Origin: Promethearchaeota archaeon
GTDB taxonomy: Archaea; Asgardarchaeota; Lokiarchaeia; Sigyniarchaeales; SOKP01
Reading direction: 5' to 3'
Length of the DNA stretch: 64,000 nucleotides
NCBI GenBank assembly: GCA_016839705.1
Contig: JAEOTR010000016.1
Span: 64,001 to 128,000, forward strand
The notes beneath the pieces are model-generated. The model was not told the origin of the DNA, ran no database searches, and worked only from the letters and a program-made list of their open reading frames with translations. Each line of letters begins with the position of its first letter. Position 1 is the stretch's first letter. The position numbers and the translations under genes are program-made. Below, in pieces: positions 30,694 through 41,273 of this stretch.

Positions 30694-32235
30694 CTGAATA
30701 GAAAGGATTACGGGACAGTTCTCACACCCCCTAAAACCGCAGAATATATTGTATCGAGATTAGGACCATTCAATGAAGAACAAAAGATTTTGGATCCGTG
30801 TGTGGGTCCTGGAATCTTTGTATCTAAATTATTAGAAGCAGGAATTAATAAAAATCAAATTCATACATTTGATGTGAATGTAAATTATAAACCTGAGATG
30901 GAAAAGTTAGGAGTTTCCTTTAAAAAGCAAGATACTCTTCTAACTTTATATCCTGATTCTTATTATGAATATGATATTATTCTAGGAAATCCTCCCTACT
31001 TAAATAAATCAAGCGTATATGTTAAACAAAATAAAAATACATTAAGAAAAATTTATGGAAAGGTAAATGCTCACGAAACTTATTCAATGTTCATATTAAA
31101 TAGTATTTGGAGATTAAAGGAAGGAGGAAAATTGGGTTTTATTACAAGTGACTCATTTTTAACCCTCAGTACTCATCAAAAGCTAAGAAGATTTATTCTA
31201 AATAACTGTGAAATTAATGAAATTCTTCTTGCCCCAAAGGATTTGTTTTCTAATCAAAATGTAAGTACTAGTCCAGTTATCATTATTTTAACGAAATGCA
31301 CTGGTCGAAAGAATAAAAGGATCAGAGAAAAAAATAAAATGAAGATTATCCCTCGAGTTAATAGTGAGGATGATTATCTATCATTGGGAATTGTAAATGA
31401 AATAGAGCAAGAGAAATACAATACTTTCCCATTTAATATATTTTATAATGATGTTGAAGAAGAAGTAATAGAACTGTTTGAAAAATCCCCTAAATTAGAA
31501 GAATACTTAAAAGGATTTATTGGAATGCATACACATAATAATAGAAACTATATTGGGGCAGTTGAGGGAACAGAATTAGCTGAGATCTTTACAAAACGAA
31601 ATAGAAGCATACTAGATCCTGATCAAGAATATAGAATCGTTTCAAGAAAGGATTTAGGGAGTGATCATTGGAAACCTTATTTGAAGAGGGGAGGTGCTGA
31701 ACAATATTACCGGCCAATAATAGAAGCCTTAAACTGGAGAAAAGAATCAAAAGAAGTATATGATATTCCAAAAAACGTCCCTTTTGAAGAAGAAGGATTA
31801 GTGATTAGTGGTGTGAGTTCCAGATTAGCTGCTCGATACATGCCAAGAGGTTGTTATTGGGATTCGAATAAAGCAATTGGTTTTATAATCAAGAATAAAT
31901 CTATTTCTATTCATTATATGTTGGGGTTGCTGAACAGTTCACTATATAACTACTTCGCGAAAGGGATTATTAACAACACTAATAGTATCCAAATTTCAGG
32001 AATTCATGCTTTACCGTTCACTATCCCTAATGAAGAATTAAAAGAAGAAATTGAAATATTAGTTAATAGAATTATACAAGCAAGGAAAAATAACCTAAAA
32101 TTCGATATTATAAAGCAGCAAAAAGTAATCGATGAAAAAATTTTCGACTTCTATGCCAAGAGATTCAGACTTCCCATGAAACTTAAGAAAAAACTTGATG
32201 AGCAGTTTTCGATTTATAAACCTAATAGAGATTAA
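30694..32235 (+). CDS. Orphan N6-adenine DNA methyltransferase (TaqI/Eco57I-like); start upstream of ORF-track call (CTG 30694 or spliced from ATG 30629)
   Basis: Frame is open upstream of 30790 and encodes motif X (NRKDYGTVLTPPKTAEYIV) before LDPCVGPG and GNPPY; TaqI_C-like LGLLNSSL. Confidence 0.8.
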   Translation: MNRKDYGTVLTPPKTAEYIVSRLGPFNEEQKILDPCVGPGIFVSKLLEAGINKNQIHTFDVNVNYKPEMEKLGVSFKKQDTLLTLYPDSYYEYDIILGNPPYLNKSSVYVKQNKNTLRKIYGKVNAHETYSMFILNSIWRLKEGGKLGFITSDSFLTLSTHQKLRRFILNNCEINEILLAPKDLFSNQNVSTSPVIIILTKCTGRKNKRIREKNKMKIIPRVNSEDDYLSLGIVNEIEQEKYNTFPFNIFYNDVEEEVIELFEKSPKLEEYLKGFIGMHTHNNRNYIGAVEGTELAEIFTKRNRSILDPDQEYRIVSRKDLGSDHWKPYLKRGGAEQYYRPIIEALNWRKESKEVYDIPKNVPFEEEGLVISGVSSRLAARYMPRGCYWDSNKAIGFIIKNKSISIHYMLGLLNSSLYNYFAKGIINNTNSIQISGIHALPFTIPNEELKEEIEILVNRIIQARKNNLKFDIIKQQKVIDEKIFDFYAKRFRLPMKLKKKLDEQFSIYKPNRD

Positions 32236-32236
32236 T

Positions 32237-34060
32237 CTATAGCTTTTCTCCTCTTATTTCATTCTCATATTTCTTTCTACGTTCTTTAAGATATTCGGGA
32301 ATAGGAACATCCCACCATCCCATAGCGGGGCTCCCTGTGAATGGAAATTCACGATTCACTAATATTTCAATGACCGATGGTTTTGCTGATTTACTTGCCC
32401 TTTCTAATGCAGGAATAATCTCTTCCTTCTTAGAGATCCTTTCAGCATAACACCCAAATGCTTCCCCAATTTCTGCGAAATTAGGTGAATAGCTTTTTCC
32501 ATTTTTAGTTGTAAATGCTGTACCATATGCTCTATCTTCTCCATATGCTGATTGTTGCAAATCTTTAATTGCAATCCATCCATGATTATTAAGCACTAAA
32601 AAGAAAATATTTGTCATATCTAATTGAACAGCTACTGACAGTTCTGAAATTGTCATCATAAAGTCCCCGTCTCCTATAAGGGCCACAACCTGTCGATTTG
32701 GTTTACCAATATCAATTGAACCTAATTTAGCACCGATCGCTGCGGGAAGGCTGTAGCCCATTGTTGAAAATCCTCCAGCAGTAATACAAGTTTTTGGTTC
32801 ATAAAATTCGAGTTCTTGGATCATTTGAGCTTGTACATTTCCAGAGCTAGTCACAATTACAGCATCTCTTTCGAAAAATTTCCTTATTTCCCGAAGTACT
32901 GAAGAAATCATAACTGGGCTTTTTTCCTCATCTATATACTCATTTAAGAATTTAATCCAATTTTTCTTTTCCACCTGTATCTCCTTGAAATAATCTGTAT
33001 TTCTATAATCTTTTGAAAATCTCTCTTTGGCTAAAATATCAAGAATCTGCCTTAAACAGGATTTTGCATCACTAACAATTCCTATGCTAACTGGATAATT
33101 TTTGCCAATTTCATGAGGATCTATATCAATTTGAATCAATTTCGTAGGAGGAATTGAAAAACTTACCCCCTCTTTGTATGAACTTGCAGTTTCATCAGCA
33201 AAACGACACCCCACTGAAATTATCACATCAGCTGTAGAAGTAACTTTTAAACCGATAGATGTTCCTTTACTTCCAGTACTCCAGGCAAATAAGGGGTGAT
33301 CATTTGGGAAAGCATCTTTTGCCATCATCGTAACTACTACTGCAGCCCCAATTTTTTCTGCTAATTCTTTAACTTCTTCAAAAGCCTCAGCGGAGACTAT
33401 ACCACCTCCTAACAATAAAACCGGTCTTTTTGAACCCTTTATTATTTTCACAGCTTTCTGAATGAGTGCAGGGTCGCCTAGAACTCGTCCATTGGATCTT
33501 CTCTCAAGCGGTTCAGGAATTTCGACATCACTTGCAACTGCTTGTACATCCATAGGGAGGTCAATTACAACTGGACCATTTCTACCTGTTATCATCTGGT
33601 TAAAAGCTCTTTGTAAAATTGTAGGTAACTGTGCGATTGAACTAACTTGCCATACACGCTTACTTATAGGTTCCAATATTCGATACATATCAGAATCTCG
33701 TCTTCGTTCAATTTCTTGAAGTACACCCTGTCCTCTCATATGGACATGAGTATCTCCTGTTAAGACTAAAACCGGCATACTATCAACATATGCATCCGCA
33801 ACACCAATAGCTGTATTAATCGCACCAGGTCCAATAGATGTAAATACACATAAAGGCTGTTTAGTTATTCTATAGTAACCTATTGCCATGTGAACAGCAC
33901 TCATTTCCTGTTTGGGTTGAATTAAGGTGATCTTATCTTGATTTTTGTAAAATGCATCAGTTAAAGCTAAATTGCCGTGCCCTGGGATTCCTAAAACATA
34001 TTTGACACCTTCTTTAATAAGATACTTAGCAATTATCTCGCCACCAGTATAATTCATCAT
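32237..34060 (-). CDS. Thiamine pyrophosphate-dependent enzyme (acetolactate synthase/IolD-like)
   Basis: GIPGHGN, QEMSAVHMA, SIGPG, GDGDFMM...NN TPP motif. Confidence 0.85.
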   Translation of the reverse strand: MMNYTGGEIIAKYLIKEGVKYVLGIPGHGNLALTDAFYKNQDKITLIQPKQEMSAVHMAIGYYRITKQPLCVFTSIGPGAINTAIGVADAYVDSMPVLVLTGDTHVHMRGQGVLQEIERRRDSDMYRILEPISKRVWQVSSIAQLPTILQRAFNQMITGRNGPVVIDLPMDVQAVASDVEIPEPLERRSNGRVLGDPALIQKAVKIIKGSKRPVLLLGGGIVSAEAFEEVKELAEKIGAAVVVTMMAKDAFPNDHPLFAWSTGSKGTSIGLKVTSTADVIISVGCRFADETASSYKEGVSFSIPPTKLIQIDIDPHEIGKNYPVSIGIVSDAKSCLRQILDILAKERFSKDYRNTDYFKEIQVEKKNWIKFLNEYIDEEKSPVMISSVLREIRKFFERDAVIVTSSGNVQAQMIQELEFYEPKTCITAGGFSTMGYSLPAAIGAKLGSIDIGKPNRQVVALIGDGDFMMTISELSVAVQLDMTNIFFLVLNNHGWIAIKDLQQSAYGEDRAYGTAFTTKNGKSYSPNFAEIGEAFGCYAERISKKEEIIPALERASKSAKPSVIEILVNREFPFTGSPAMGWWDVPIPEYLKERRKKYENEIRGEKL

Positions 34061-34242
34061 AATTGTACTCCTAATTTTTATTTAGTTTAACATATAAAAT
34101 TTTTAATTGAAAGTTAAATAAGATTTTAATTATATTGAAACTCTAAAAGGAATTAGTCTTAAGTTTCCATATATTATTTTAATAATAATATGTAATACAT
34201 TAATACTAAAAAATGTATAAAAACAAAATAAAATGATTTTCT

Positions 34243-35277
34243 ATGGTTATTGAAACGGATATAACTAAAATGTTTGGAATCAAACATCCTATAATTGGAG
34301 CTCCCATGGGCCCTTTTTATACAACAGATTTAACAATTGCGGTCTCAGAAGCTGGCGGCTTAGGAGTACTAAGCCATACCAACTTATTTGGAGGAAGCCC
34401 AATTGAGGAAATGAAAAAAAACATGCTATATGTGGTAGAACATACTGACAAACCATTTGGATTTAATGTTAGGACCGCACGTATGCAACCAGACGCTCCT
34501 TCACTTTGTAGAAAAATTCCACAATTCATAATGAATAATCCTAAAATTAAGGAACAATGCAGGTATGTAATCACAAGTGCAGGTTCCCCTAAAATGATGA
34601 AAACAAAAAGTTTTCAAAAGCTAAAAGAAAGTGGGTCAGAGATAAAACATTTTCATGTCGCCCCAGCATTATGGCTCGCAGATAAATGCATTGCAGCGGA
34701 AGTTGATGGTATGGTAGTAACGGGAGGCGAAGGTGGAGGACATCAATCATATGAAAAAGTAAGTACATTAGTTTTACTTCAACAGGTCGCAGAAAAATAT
34801 CCAGATTTGCCTATAATTGCGTGTGGGGGTTTTGCGACAGGTATGGGACTAGCAGCAGCTTTAGCTATGGGTGCTGGTGCAGTAGCAATGGGTTCAAGAT
34901 TCATTGCATCAAAAGAAAGCGAATTTCACGAAAATTATAAAAATGTTGTCCCCTCTGCTAAAGCTCAAGATACTATTCTAGTAACTGGATTTTTTGGACC
35001 TATTAGATTATGGAAAAATAAATACGCTTTATCCCATGATCTTGTTGCCACTAAAGAAGAAAAAATCGCAATAGAAACTGCACTGACTGCCGAAGAAATG
35101 ATGGACCAATTAAAAAAAGGTGAACTTGCTTATCAAGGAAATATTGAAGATGGGAGTATTCTTTTAGGTCAAAGTATTGGAATTATAAATTCAATTGAAA
35201 GTGTAAAAGATATTATCAATTCAATTGTCTCTGATGCAGAGAAATCCTTAAAAAGTGCCTATACGCAAATTAAATAG
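34243..35277 (+). CDS. Nitronate monooxygenase / FabK-like flavin oxidoreductase
   Basis: HPIIGAPM, AVSEAGGLG, GEGGGH, IACGG, MGSRFIAS. Confidence 0.88.
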   Translation: MVIETDITKMFGIKHPIIGAPMGPFYTTDLTIAVSEAGGLGVLSHTNLFGGSPIEEMKKNMLYVVEHTDKPFGFNVRTARMQPDAPSLCRKIPQFIMNNPKIKEQCRYVITSAGSPKMMKTKSFQKLKESGSEIKHFHVAPALWLADKCIAAEVDGMVVTGGEGGGHQSYEKVSTLVLLQQVAEKYPDLPIIACGGFATGMGLAAALAMGAGAVAMGSRFIASKESEFHENYKNVVPSAKAQDTILVTGFFGPIRLWKNKYALSHDLVATKEEKIAIETALTAEEMMDQLKKGELAYQGNIEDGSILLGQSIGIINSIESVKDIINSIVSDAEKSLKSAYTQIK

Positions 35278-35458
35278 TTAAATTTTTAATAATATATCAC
35301 TAAGTAAGCAGTTTTTTTGAATTTTGTTTTTTTTTCTCTTTAATCATTGTTAGAAAAAAAGTTTGAAAATTTCTATGCCCTTTCGATTTATAAATCAAAA
35401 TTCAAGAGATAGAATTAAAAACGATTAGAAAAATTAGTGCAAATCTACTTAGAGATAA

Positions 35459-36784
35459 ATGCCATCTACTTTAGAAAAGATTCGAGTTTTGGGAGAAAAT
35501 TCAAAATATGATATTTGTGCAAGTACCGCTTCAAGTCGTACCGCTAAATATCCAAAACTCTTTGGAGATACGAAAAAATGGATAGGAGCTACTGCAAGTG
35601 CAGGTATTTGCCATAGTTATACTCCTGATGGTAGATGCATGAGTCTTTTCAAAACTCTCTATACTAACAAATGTATCTATGATTGTAAATACTGCTTTTC
35701 TCATTCCTGTAAGAAGAAGATGAGCTTCACACCAGAGGAATATGCACGTACTTTTATGAAACTTTATTCAATGAATACAGTAGAAGGAGTATTCATATCA
35801 TCTGGAGTTTGTGGAAGTGCTGATAAGACCACAGAGGATATGTTGGAAGCGATAAGACTTCTTAGATTCAAATACAATTTTCGAGGATATGTACATTTTA
35901 AATGCTTACCTGGCGTTAGTAAATATCTACTAAAAGAAGCTATAACATTATCTGATCGTATCTCAGTCAATACAGAAGCTTCTACCAAAGATCATCTCTC
36001 TGAAATTGCGGATCAAAAAGATTTTAATAATGATATTCTAACTCGTCAACGCTGGTTAAAGCAGATTCGGATTAGACATAACGATGAAACTCTTAAAACA
36101 ATGAAGGATTTGAAACAAGACAACAAATTAGAGTTCCAAGAAAAAATGATTAAAGATAGAAGAGCAAACGGATACAAAAAGTTCAGATGGGATTCTGCAC
36201 CTATTTTAAACAGCGGTCAGACTACTCAGTTTGTGGTAGGGGCTGCTGAGAGTGAAACTGATTATGATCTACTTAAAAGAATTGATTGGGGATATCGGGA
36301 AATTGATTTAAGGCGTGCTTATTTTTCATCTTTCATTCCAATTGAAGGTACCCCTTTAGCAGGTAAACAAGCAGCCTCACTTGCGAGAGAACATCGTTTA
36401 TATCAAACAGATTGGCTACTTCGGATATATCATTATAATTTGAAAGATATAGAAGAAGTAATTACCGAAGAAGGTAATTTACCACAAGGAGATCCGAAAG
36501 TTCATTTGGCTAGGAAATATTTTAAAGATCATAGTCTGGTAGATCCAAATCTCGTATCATATAATGAGTTATTACGCGTCCCAGGAATCGGTCCCATTTC
36601 AGCGAAAAGAATTATAAACTTACGAGCGAAAAAATTTTTTATTAAACGCCGTGAGGATTTAAAATCTGTTGGTGTAGTATTAAAAAGAGCCGATCCTTTT
36701 CTACAAATAAATGGCCAGAATCAAACAACACTTCAAAATTTTTTCAATCTTGAGAATAGCACTATGCAAAGTGAAATTAAATGA
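35459..36784 (+). CDS. Putative DNA modification/repair radical SAM protein with HhH (TIGR03916-like)
   Basis: KYDICAS, GICHSYTPDGRC, CIYDCKYC, GQTTQFVVG, REHRLYQTDWLLR, LLRVPGIGP. Confidence 0.92.
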   Translation: MPSTLEKIRVLGENSKYDICASTASSRTAKYPKLFGDTKKWIGATASAGICHSYTPDGRCMSLFKTLYTNKCIYDCKYCFSHSCKKKMSFTPEEYARTFMKLYSMNTVEGVFISSGVCGSADKTTEDMLEAIRLLRFKYNFRGYVHFKCLPGVSKYLLKEAITLSDRISVNTEASTKDHLSEIADQKDFNNDILTRQRWLKQIRIRHNDETLKTMKDLKQDNKLEFQEKMIKDRRANGYKKFRWDSAPILNSGQTTQFVVGAAESETDYDLLKRIDWGYREIDLRRAYFSSFIPIEGTPLAGKQAASLAREHRLYQTDWLLRIYHYNLKDIEEVITEEGNLPQGDPKVHLARKYFKDHSLVDPNLVSYNELLRVPGIGPISAKRIINLRAKKFFIKRREDLKSVGVVLKRADPFLQINGQNQTTLQNFFNLENSTMQSEIK

Positions 36785-37443
36785 CAAAAAAAAGTTGTGA
36801 ACAAGATCCGTTAGAAGTTGTAGGTCGTACTAAAGGTTATTCACATGAAGAATTAATTGAAAATCTTCCCCGTCATTGTAAATCATCTCCAATTCTAATC
36901 CAACAGGTACAGGAAATGCCTGAAGTAGTTTTACGCAATTCAGGCACGCTTATTGCTAAAAAAGTAAAAAAAATGATGGGAGAAGTTTATACAGAAGCTT
37001 ATCGAGCAAGGCAATTTACAAGGACAGAAATAAATAATCGGGGTGTATTATTTGGGGTGGTCTTGCTTAAACACAGAGTAATTGATCTTGTCCTTAATTA
37101 TTTTCACGAAAGATTTCCAGAATGTATAATATGTTTATACAACGAGCATAACCATAAAACAACTACAATAGACGAAAAAGGAAATATTCGTGTGTATAAA
37201 TCTCAATTAAATAAGGTTGTAAGAATAGTTAGTGATCCTCGCCCCATTGTTCCATATTTCGAAGACATCCAGTTTACTGGGAAACAAATCTTTGAAACTC
37301 TGTATACCTCACAATTTATTCCTGAACGAGAAAACAGAGAATTTTTTAAAAGAATGATTCCAGACAAATGTTTTGAGTTACCTGGGATGAAAGAAGGAGT
37401 AGAAAAACGGTTTCGAAATAAGAAATTGAGTGATTTTTTTTGA
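36781..37443 (+). CDS. DUF4130 (TIGR03915-like) partner of the radical SAM
   Basis: ATGA overlap with the upstream gene; EAYRARQFTR, YFHERFP, LYTSQFIPEREN. Confidence 0.7.
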   Translation: MTKKSCEQDPLEVVGRTKGYSHEELIENLPRHCKSSPILIQQVQEMPEVVLRNSGTLIAKKVKKMMGEVYTEAYRARQFTRTEINNRGVLFGVVLLKHRVIDLVLNYFHERFPECIICLYNEHNHKTTTIDEKGNIRVYKSQLNKVVRIVSDPRPIVPYFEDIQFTGKQIFETLYTSQFIPERENREFFKRMIPDKCFELPGMKEGVEKRFRNKKLSDFF

Positions 37444-37445
37444 TT

Positions 37446-38222
37446 TTACATTATCTGAGCAAATATTTCTTTTGCTTCTTGATATGAAGAATTATCCTTT
37501 GGGAGATCTAACAAATTCCCTCCAGTCAGGTTTATCGCACTAATTTCATCATTATTTGATATGAAACCCAAAAGTTTTACATTTTGTTGATTTATCTTTT
37601 CTATTTCATCTATTAAGATTTTTCTTAAATTAGCTGGGAATCGATTTCCTAAAACCCAAATAATTTCAAATTTTAAATCTACTTCTGAAGTAATTTCTAA
37701 TATACGCTTTAGCGTGTGGATACCCATTTTTGAAGGATCTGTAACAATAACTAAATCTGTGACATTTCGTCCAGTTTTACGAGCAAAGTGTTCTAAACCT
37801 GCGGGAGAATCTAGTAATGTAATATCATAGTTTTTCGCAAGTGTATCGACCACATTTTTTAGCACTGAATTAATGTAACAATAGCAACCTTCACCTTCTT
37901 GACGTCCCATTTCCAATAAGTCAAAATCATCCATTTCAATAAGACAATCATAGACATCACCTTCAATTATTTGGTTTTTTGGGACATCTAGAGGAAGTTG
38001 TCTCTTTTGGATTTTATCCTTTAGATCTTTCATTTTCCCACCAATAGTGTCGCAAAACTGAACCTCTTCGCCAATTACATCAGCAATATTAGCATCAGGG
38101 TCAGAATCTATTACTAAAATATCCAGTTTATTTTTAGTTTCTATAATATATTTTAAAAAAAGTGCTAGAGAAGTAGTTTTACCTACACCTCCCTTTCCAG
38201 AAAACGCTACGATCCTCTTCAT
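37446..38222 (-). CDS. cooC: CooC/AcsF-type nickel-insertion ATPase
   Basis: GKGGVGKTT, DSDPDAN, GEGCYC, DSPAGLEHFAR. Confidence 0.9.
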   Translation of the reverse strand: MKRIVAFSGKGGVGKTTSLALFLKYIIETKNKLDILVIDSDPDANIADVIGEEVQFCDTIGGKMKDLKDKIQKRQLPLDVPKNQIIEGDVYDCLIEMDDFDLLEMGRQEGEGCYCYINSVLKNVVDTLAKNYDITLLDSPAGLEHFARKTGRNVTDLVIVTDPSKMGIHTLKRILEITSEVDLKFEIIWVLGNRFPANLRKILIDEIEKINQQNVKLLGFISNNDEISAINLTGGNLLDLPKDNSSYQEAKEIFAQIM

Positions 38223-38375
38223 TTATAAAATTACACCTAAAATAATAATTTGCTATGTAATGTTAATGGAATTAAAATTAAAAATTTATTATAAATAATT
38301 TAGAAGACTTAAGAGTGATTAGGAAAAATAAATTAATCGAATTAGACAAGAAACTAATATTAAATAGAAAATACT

Positions 38376-38840
38376 ATGGAAATCATGTCAATTCGTTATA
38401 TTAAGAAATGTGAAATGAATGATTTATTAACCCTTTATACTCAGCTTCACCGAAAAGACACACCTTTACCAGAAAAATCTCGGTTATTATCTATTTGGGA
38501 GGAAATCACTACTAACTCCTTATTACATTATTTTGTGGTAGAATATGAAGATAAAATAGTTTCTTCTTGTACTCTTTCTATCATACCAAATTTCACACGG
38601 AGTGGGAGGCCATATGGGTTGATTGAGAATGTAGTAACTCGTTCAGATTATCGAAGAAAGGGATTTGGGTTAAAAGTTCTCCGAGGTGCTCTTAAAGTTG
38701 CTTGGGAAAAAAATTGTTATAAGGAAATGTTATTAACAGGCTCAAAGGATCCCGCAATTCATCAATTTTATGAAAAATCAGGGTTTAAACAAGGGGTAAA
38801 AACAGGGTTTGTTGCGAATGCACCTGATTATCGGGGATAG
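38376..38840 (+). CDS. GNAT acetyltransferase
   Basis: IENVVT...YRRKGFG, FYEKSGF. Confidence 0.9.
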   Translation: MEIMSIRYIKKCEMNDLLTLYTQLHRKDTPLPEKSRLLSIWEEITTNSLLHYFVVEYEDKIVSSCTLSIIPNFTRSGRPYGLIENVVTRSDYRRKGFGLKVLRGALKVAWEKNCYKEMLLTGSKDPAIHQFYEKSGFKQGVKTGFVANAPDYRG

Positions 38841-38853
38841 GAGGAGATTAATC

Positions 38854-39528
38854 CTGAGAAATAAAACCTTAGATATTAAAGGAATTATTTTTGATTTTGA
38901 TTTTACATTAGCAGACTCTTCAAAGGGAGTAATTGAATGCGTAAATTATGCCATAAAGAAGTTAGGATTCACAGAATTTTCCGGTGAGAAGATAAAAAAG
39001 ACAATTGGTCTTACACTTGAACAATCTTTTTCAAGTTTAGTAGGAAAACAACATTTAGATAAAACTGAGAAATTTAAGTATTATTTCGTTGAAAGAGCAG
39101 ATGAAATTATGTCAGATTTTACTGAGTTATATAGAGTAACATCTGATGTAATCAAATTATTACATAATAGAGGGATTAAATTAGGGATCGTTTCTACGAA
39201 ATTTCGCTATCGAATAATGAATATTCTAAAGAGAGAGGAGCTTTTAGATTTTTTTGATATTATTATAGGTGGTGAAGATGTTCAGAAGCATAAACCTGAT
39301 CCGAGAGGTTTATTAAAAGCGATAAAGAAATTGAATTTATCTATTTCACAGGCTATTTATGTAGGAGATAGCTTAACTGATGCTGAGACAGCCTTTAGAG
39401 CGGGAGTATCTTTCGTTGTAGTGCTTTCTGGTGTTACTCCTCAAAATGAATTTGACAATTATCATGTTATTCAGTTCCTAAAAGACGTTTCTGAGATTCC
39501 TAGATTATTAAATTTAAATAAGGGTTAG
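38854..39528 (+). CDS. HAD-superfamily phosphatase (phosphoglycolate phosphatase-like)
   Basis: FDFDFTLADS, VSTK, KPDP, GDSLTD. Start placed tentatively at CTG 38854 after GGAGG; the ORF track starts at 38809, overlapping the GNAT gene. Confidence 0.85.
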   Translation: MRNKTLDIKGIIFDFDFTLADSSKGVIECVNYAIKKLGFTEFSGEKIKKTIGLTLEQSFSSLVGKQHLDKTEKFKYYFVERADEIMSDFTELYRVTSDVIKLLHNRGIKLGIVSTKFRYRIMNILKREELLDFFDIIIGGEDVQKHKPDPRGLLKAIKKLNLSISQAIYVGDSLTDAETAFRAGVSFVVVLSGVTPQNEFDNYHVIQFLKDVSEIPRLLNLNKG

Positions 39529-39602
39529 AAACTAAATACATAGGGCTAATGGGTGTTAATTAAAATTATGTCTAGTAATTAACAATTTTCAATATAACCT
39601 AA

Positions 39603-40430
39603 TTATCTTCTTTGGTCTGGTCGTCTTTGCTCTTGTCGATAAACAGGTACGATTTTACTTGTGAATTCATCAACAGTATAGGGAAATTCTTCTAGACTAT
39701 CTATCTTCCCTAATTCGAGCATAATTTTTCTTGCCAGAAGCCAAAAGGCTAAACCTAGTGCTTTTTTACCACGGTTATTCGCTGGAATTGCGAGGTCTAT
39801 TCCATTTAATGTATCATCCGTATCAAATAGGGAAACTACAGGAGTTCGGGCTAATTTAGCTTCACGTAGAATAACTTTATCTGCATGTGGATCAACAATT
39901 ACTACAACTGAGGCGTCTTTTATATAGGTATCTATAAGCGGATTAGTTAAGCTACCTGGTATAAATCTTGTTATAACTGATTTACACCCTAATACTTCAC
40001 AAAATTTTTTAACAGGTTCTTTCCCGTATCTTCTCACTGAAGTTACTATAACTCGATCGCTTCCCTCCTCGATGTATTTGCTCAAGAATTTTGCTGCGAT
40101 CTGTAATCTTTCATCAGTTTTAGTCAAGTCAATGACGTAAAGTCCATAATTTGTTTGTCGATATATAAACCTTCGAGCATCTCCAGTCAGTAGTTTAGTT
40201 CCGATGTGTATCCCGCAACTCAAGTAAAGTTGTTTTCGTTCTTCGTCTTTATCAATTAATTCTTCTTTAATATCTAATTCTGATTCAATATCTTCTGTAT
40301 CTAATAATTCAAGTTCTTCTTCGAGATCTAAATCTTCCTCGAAATCCACTTCCATATTTTCTTCGAAGTCTTCAATGGTTGCCTCTTTATTCTCACTTTC
40401 TTTTTCTGATTTTTTTTTCTTTCTAGCCAA
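39603..40430 (-). CDS. rps2: 30S ribosomal protein uS2 with long acidic N-terminal extension
   Basis: GIHIGTK, RFIPGSLTNP, DLAIPANNRGKKAL. Confidence 0.95.
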   Translation of the reverse strand: MARKKKKSEKESENKEATIEDFEENMEVDFEEDLDLEEELELLDTEDIESELDIKEELIDKDEERKQLYLSCGIHIGTKLLTGDARRFIYRQTNYGLYVIDLTKTDERLQIAAKFLSKYIEEGSDRVIVTSVRRYGKEPVKKFCEVLGCKSVITRFIPGSLTNPLIDTYIKDASVVVIVDPHADKVILREAKLARTPVVSLFDTDDTLNGIDLAIPANNRGKKALGLAFWLLARKIMLELGKIDSLEEFPYTVDEFTSKIVPVYRQEQRRPDQRR

Positions 40431-40661
40431 GATAGTCGCCTTGCTTGTTTTTTCTTTTATTTCTTCTATTATTTATAACTTAATTTTAGAAAGCTATGAA
40501 TAATTGAATAAATTTGACATAACTTTAATATTTTATTAAGAGTTTTGCTCTAAAATAAACCAGATCTTAAGTATTAATATAGCAAAAATGATTTTAATTA
40601 TTAATATAATTTATCATTCATAATCATAATAAATCAAAACTATTTTGCACTGGTTATTACA

Positions 40662-41138
40662 ATGGCTTCCTACCGATTGATTTTTGGAATACTAATGGGA
40701 ATTATTTTGAGCTTTTTAAGTGTGTTTTTTTTCAATATGGAAATTATTTTTAATCAAATCGAGAGTACTGCTGATTCTAATCCATTAAAGGCAATCGCAT
40801 TGCTTATAGGAGCAAATTTTAAGTTTGATATTTTAGCTTTTTTTTCTGGATCTTCGGCTTTTTTAGTTGCTCAACTTCTTGCATGGCTTTTTATCGGATA
40901 TATCGGTGGAACAATAGCTAAGGGATTCCGAAGAGGTATTATCGTAGGTTTATTAATAGTTGTTATAGATATATTATTGTGGATTATTTTTAACATAGTA
41001 TCCGGTGAAGATTTAATGGCATTATTCAGCGTGCAATTATCTGAAACTTTGGGTGGAATTATAAGCGCACTCTTAGGAGCATTTATAGGAGGCTTAATTG
41101 GTGGGATAATTAGTGGTCCTTATGAAGAGTTCTATTAG
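40662..41138 (+). CDS. Hypothetical Gly-rich membrane protein
   Basis: About 4 hydrophobic helices with GxxxG repeats. Confidence 0.7.
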   Translation: MASYRLIFGILMGIILSFLSVFFFNMEIIFNQIESTADSNPLKAIALLIGANFKFDILAFFSGSSAFLVAQLLAWLFIGYIGGTIAKGFRRGIIVGLLIVVIDILLWIIFNIVSGEDLMALFSVQLSETLGGIISALLGAFIGGLIGGIISGPYEEFY

Positions 41139-41273
41139 GCTGTTATATTTGATACTCAAGTTTTCTTATCACAAATTTTAATCAATTAACACCATATTTT
41201 TAATAATTAGGTTTAAGTCATTGAGTATTTTCTAATAATAACAATAACCTTTTCAAATTAAATATCAAGAATA

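Noticed and set aside
32690-32725. BHB-like fold (GGTT/AACC with 3-nt bulges) inside the TPP-enzyme gene
   Set aside because: Excision of 19 nt would break an intact ORF and the flanking stems are minimal. It shows that weak BHB look-alikes arise by chance.
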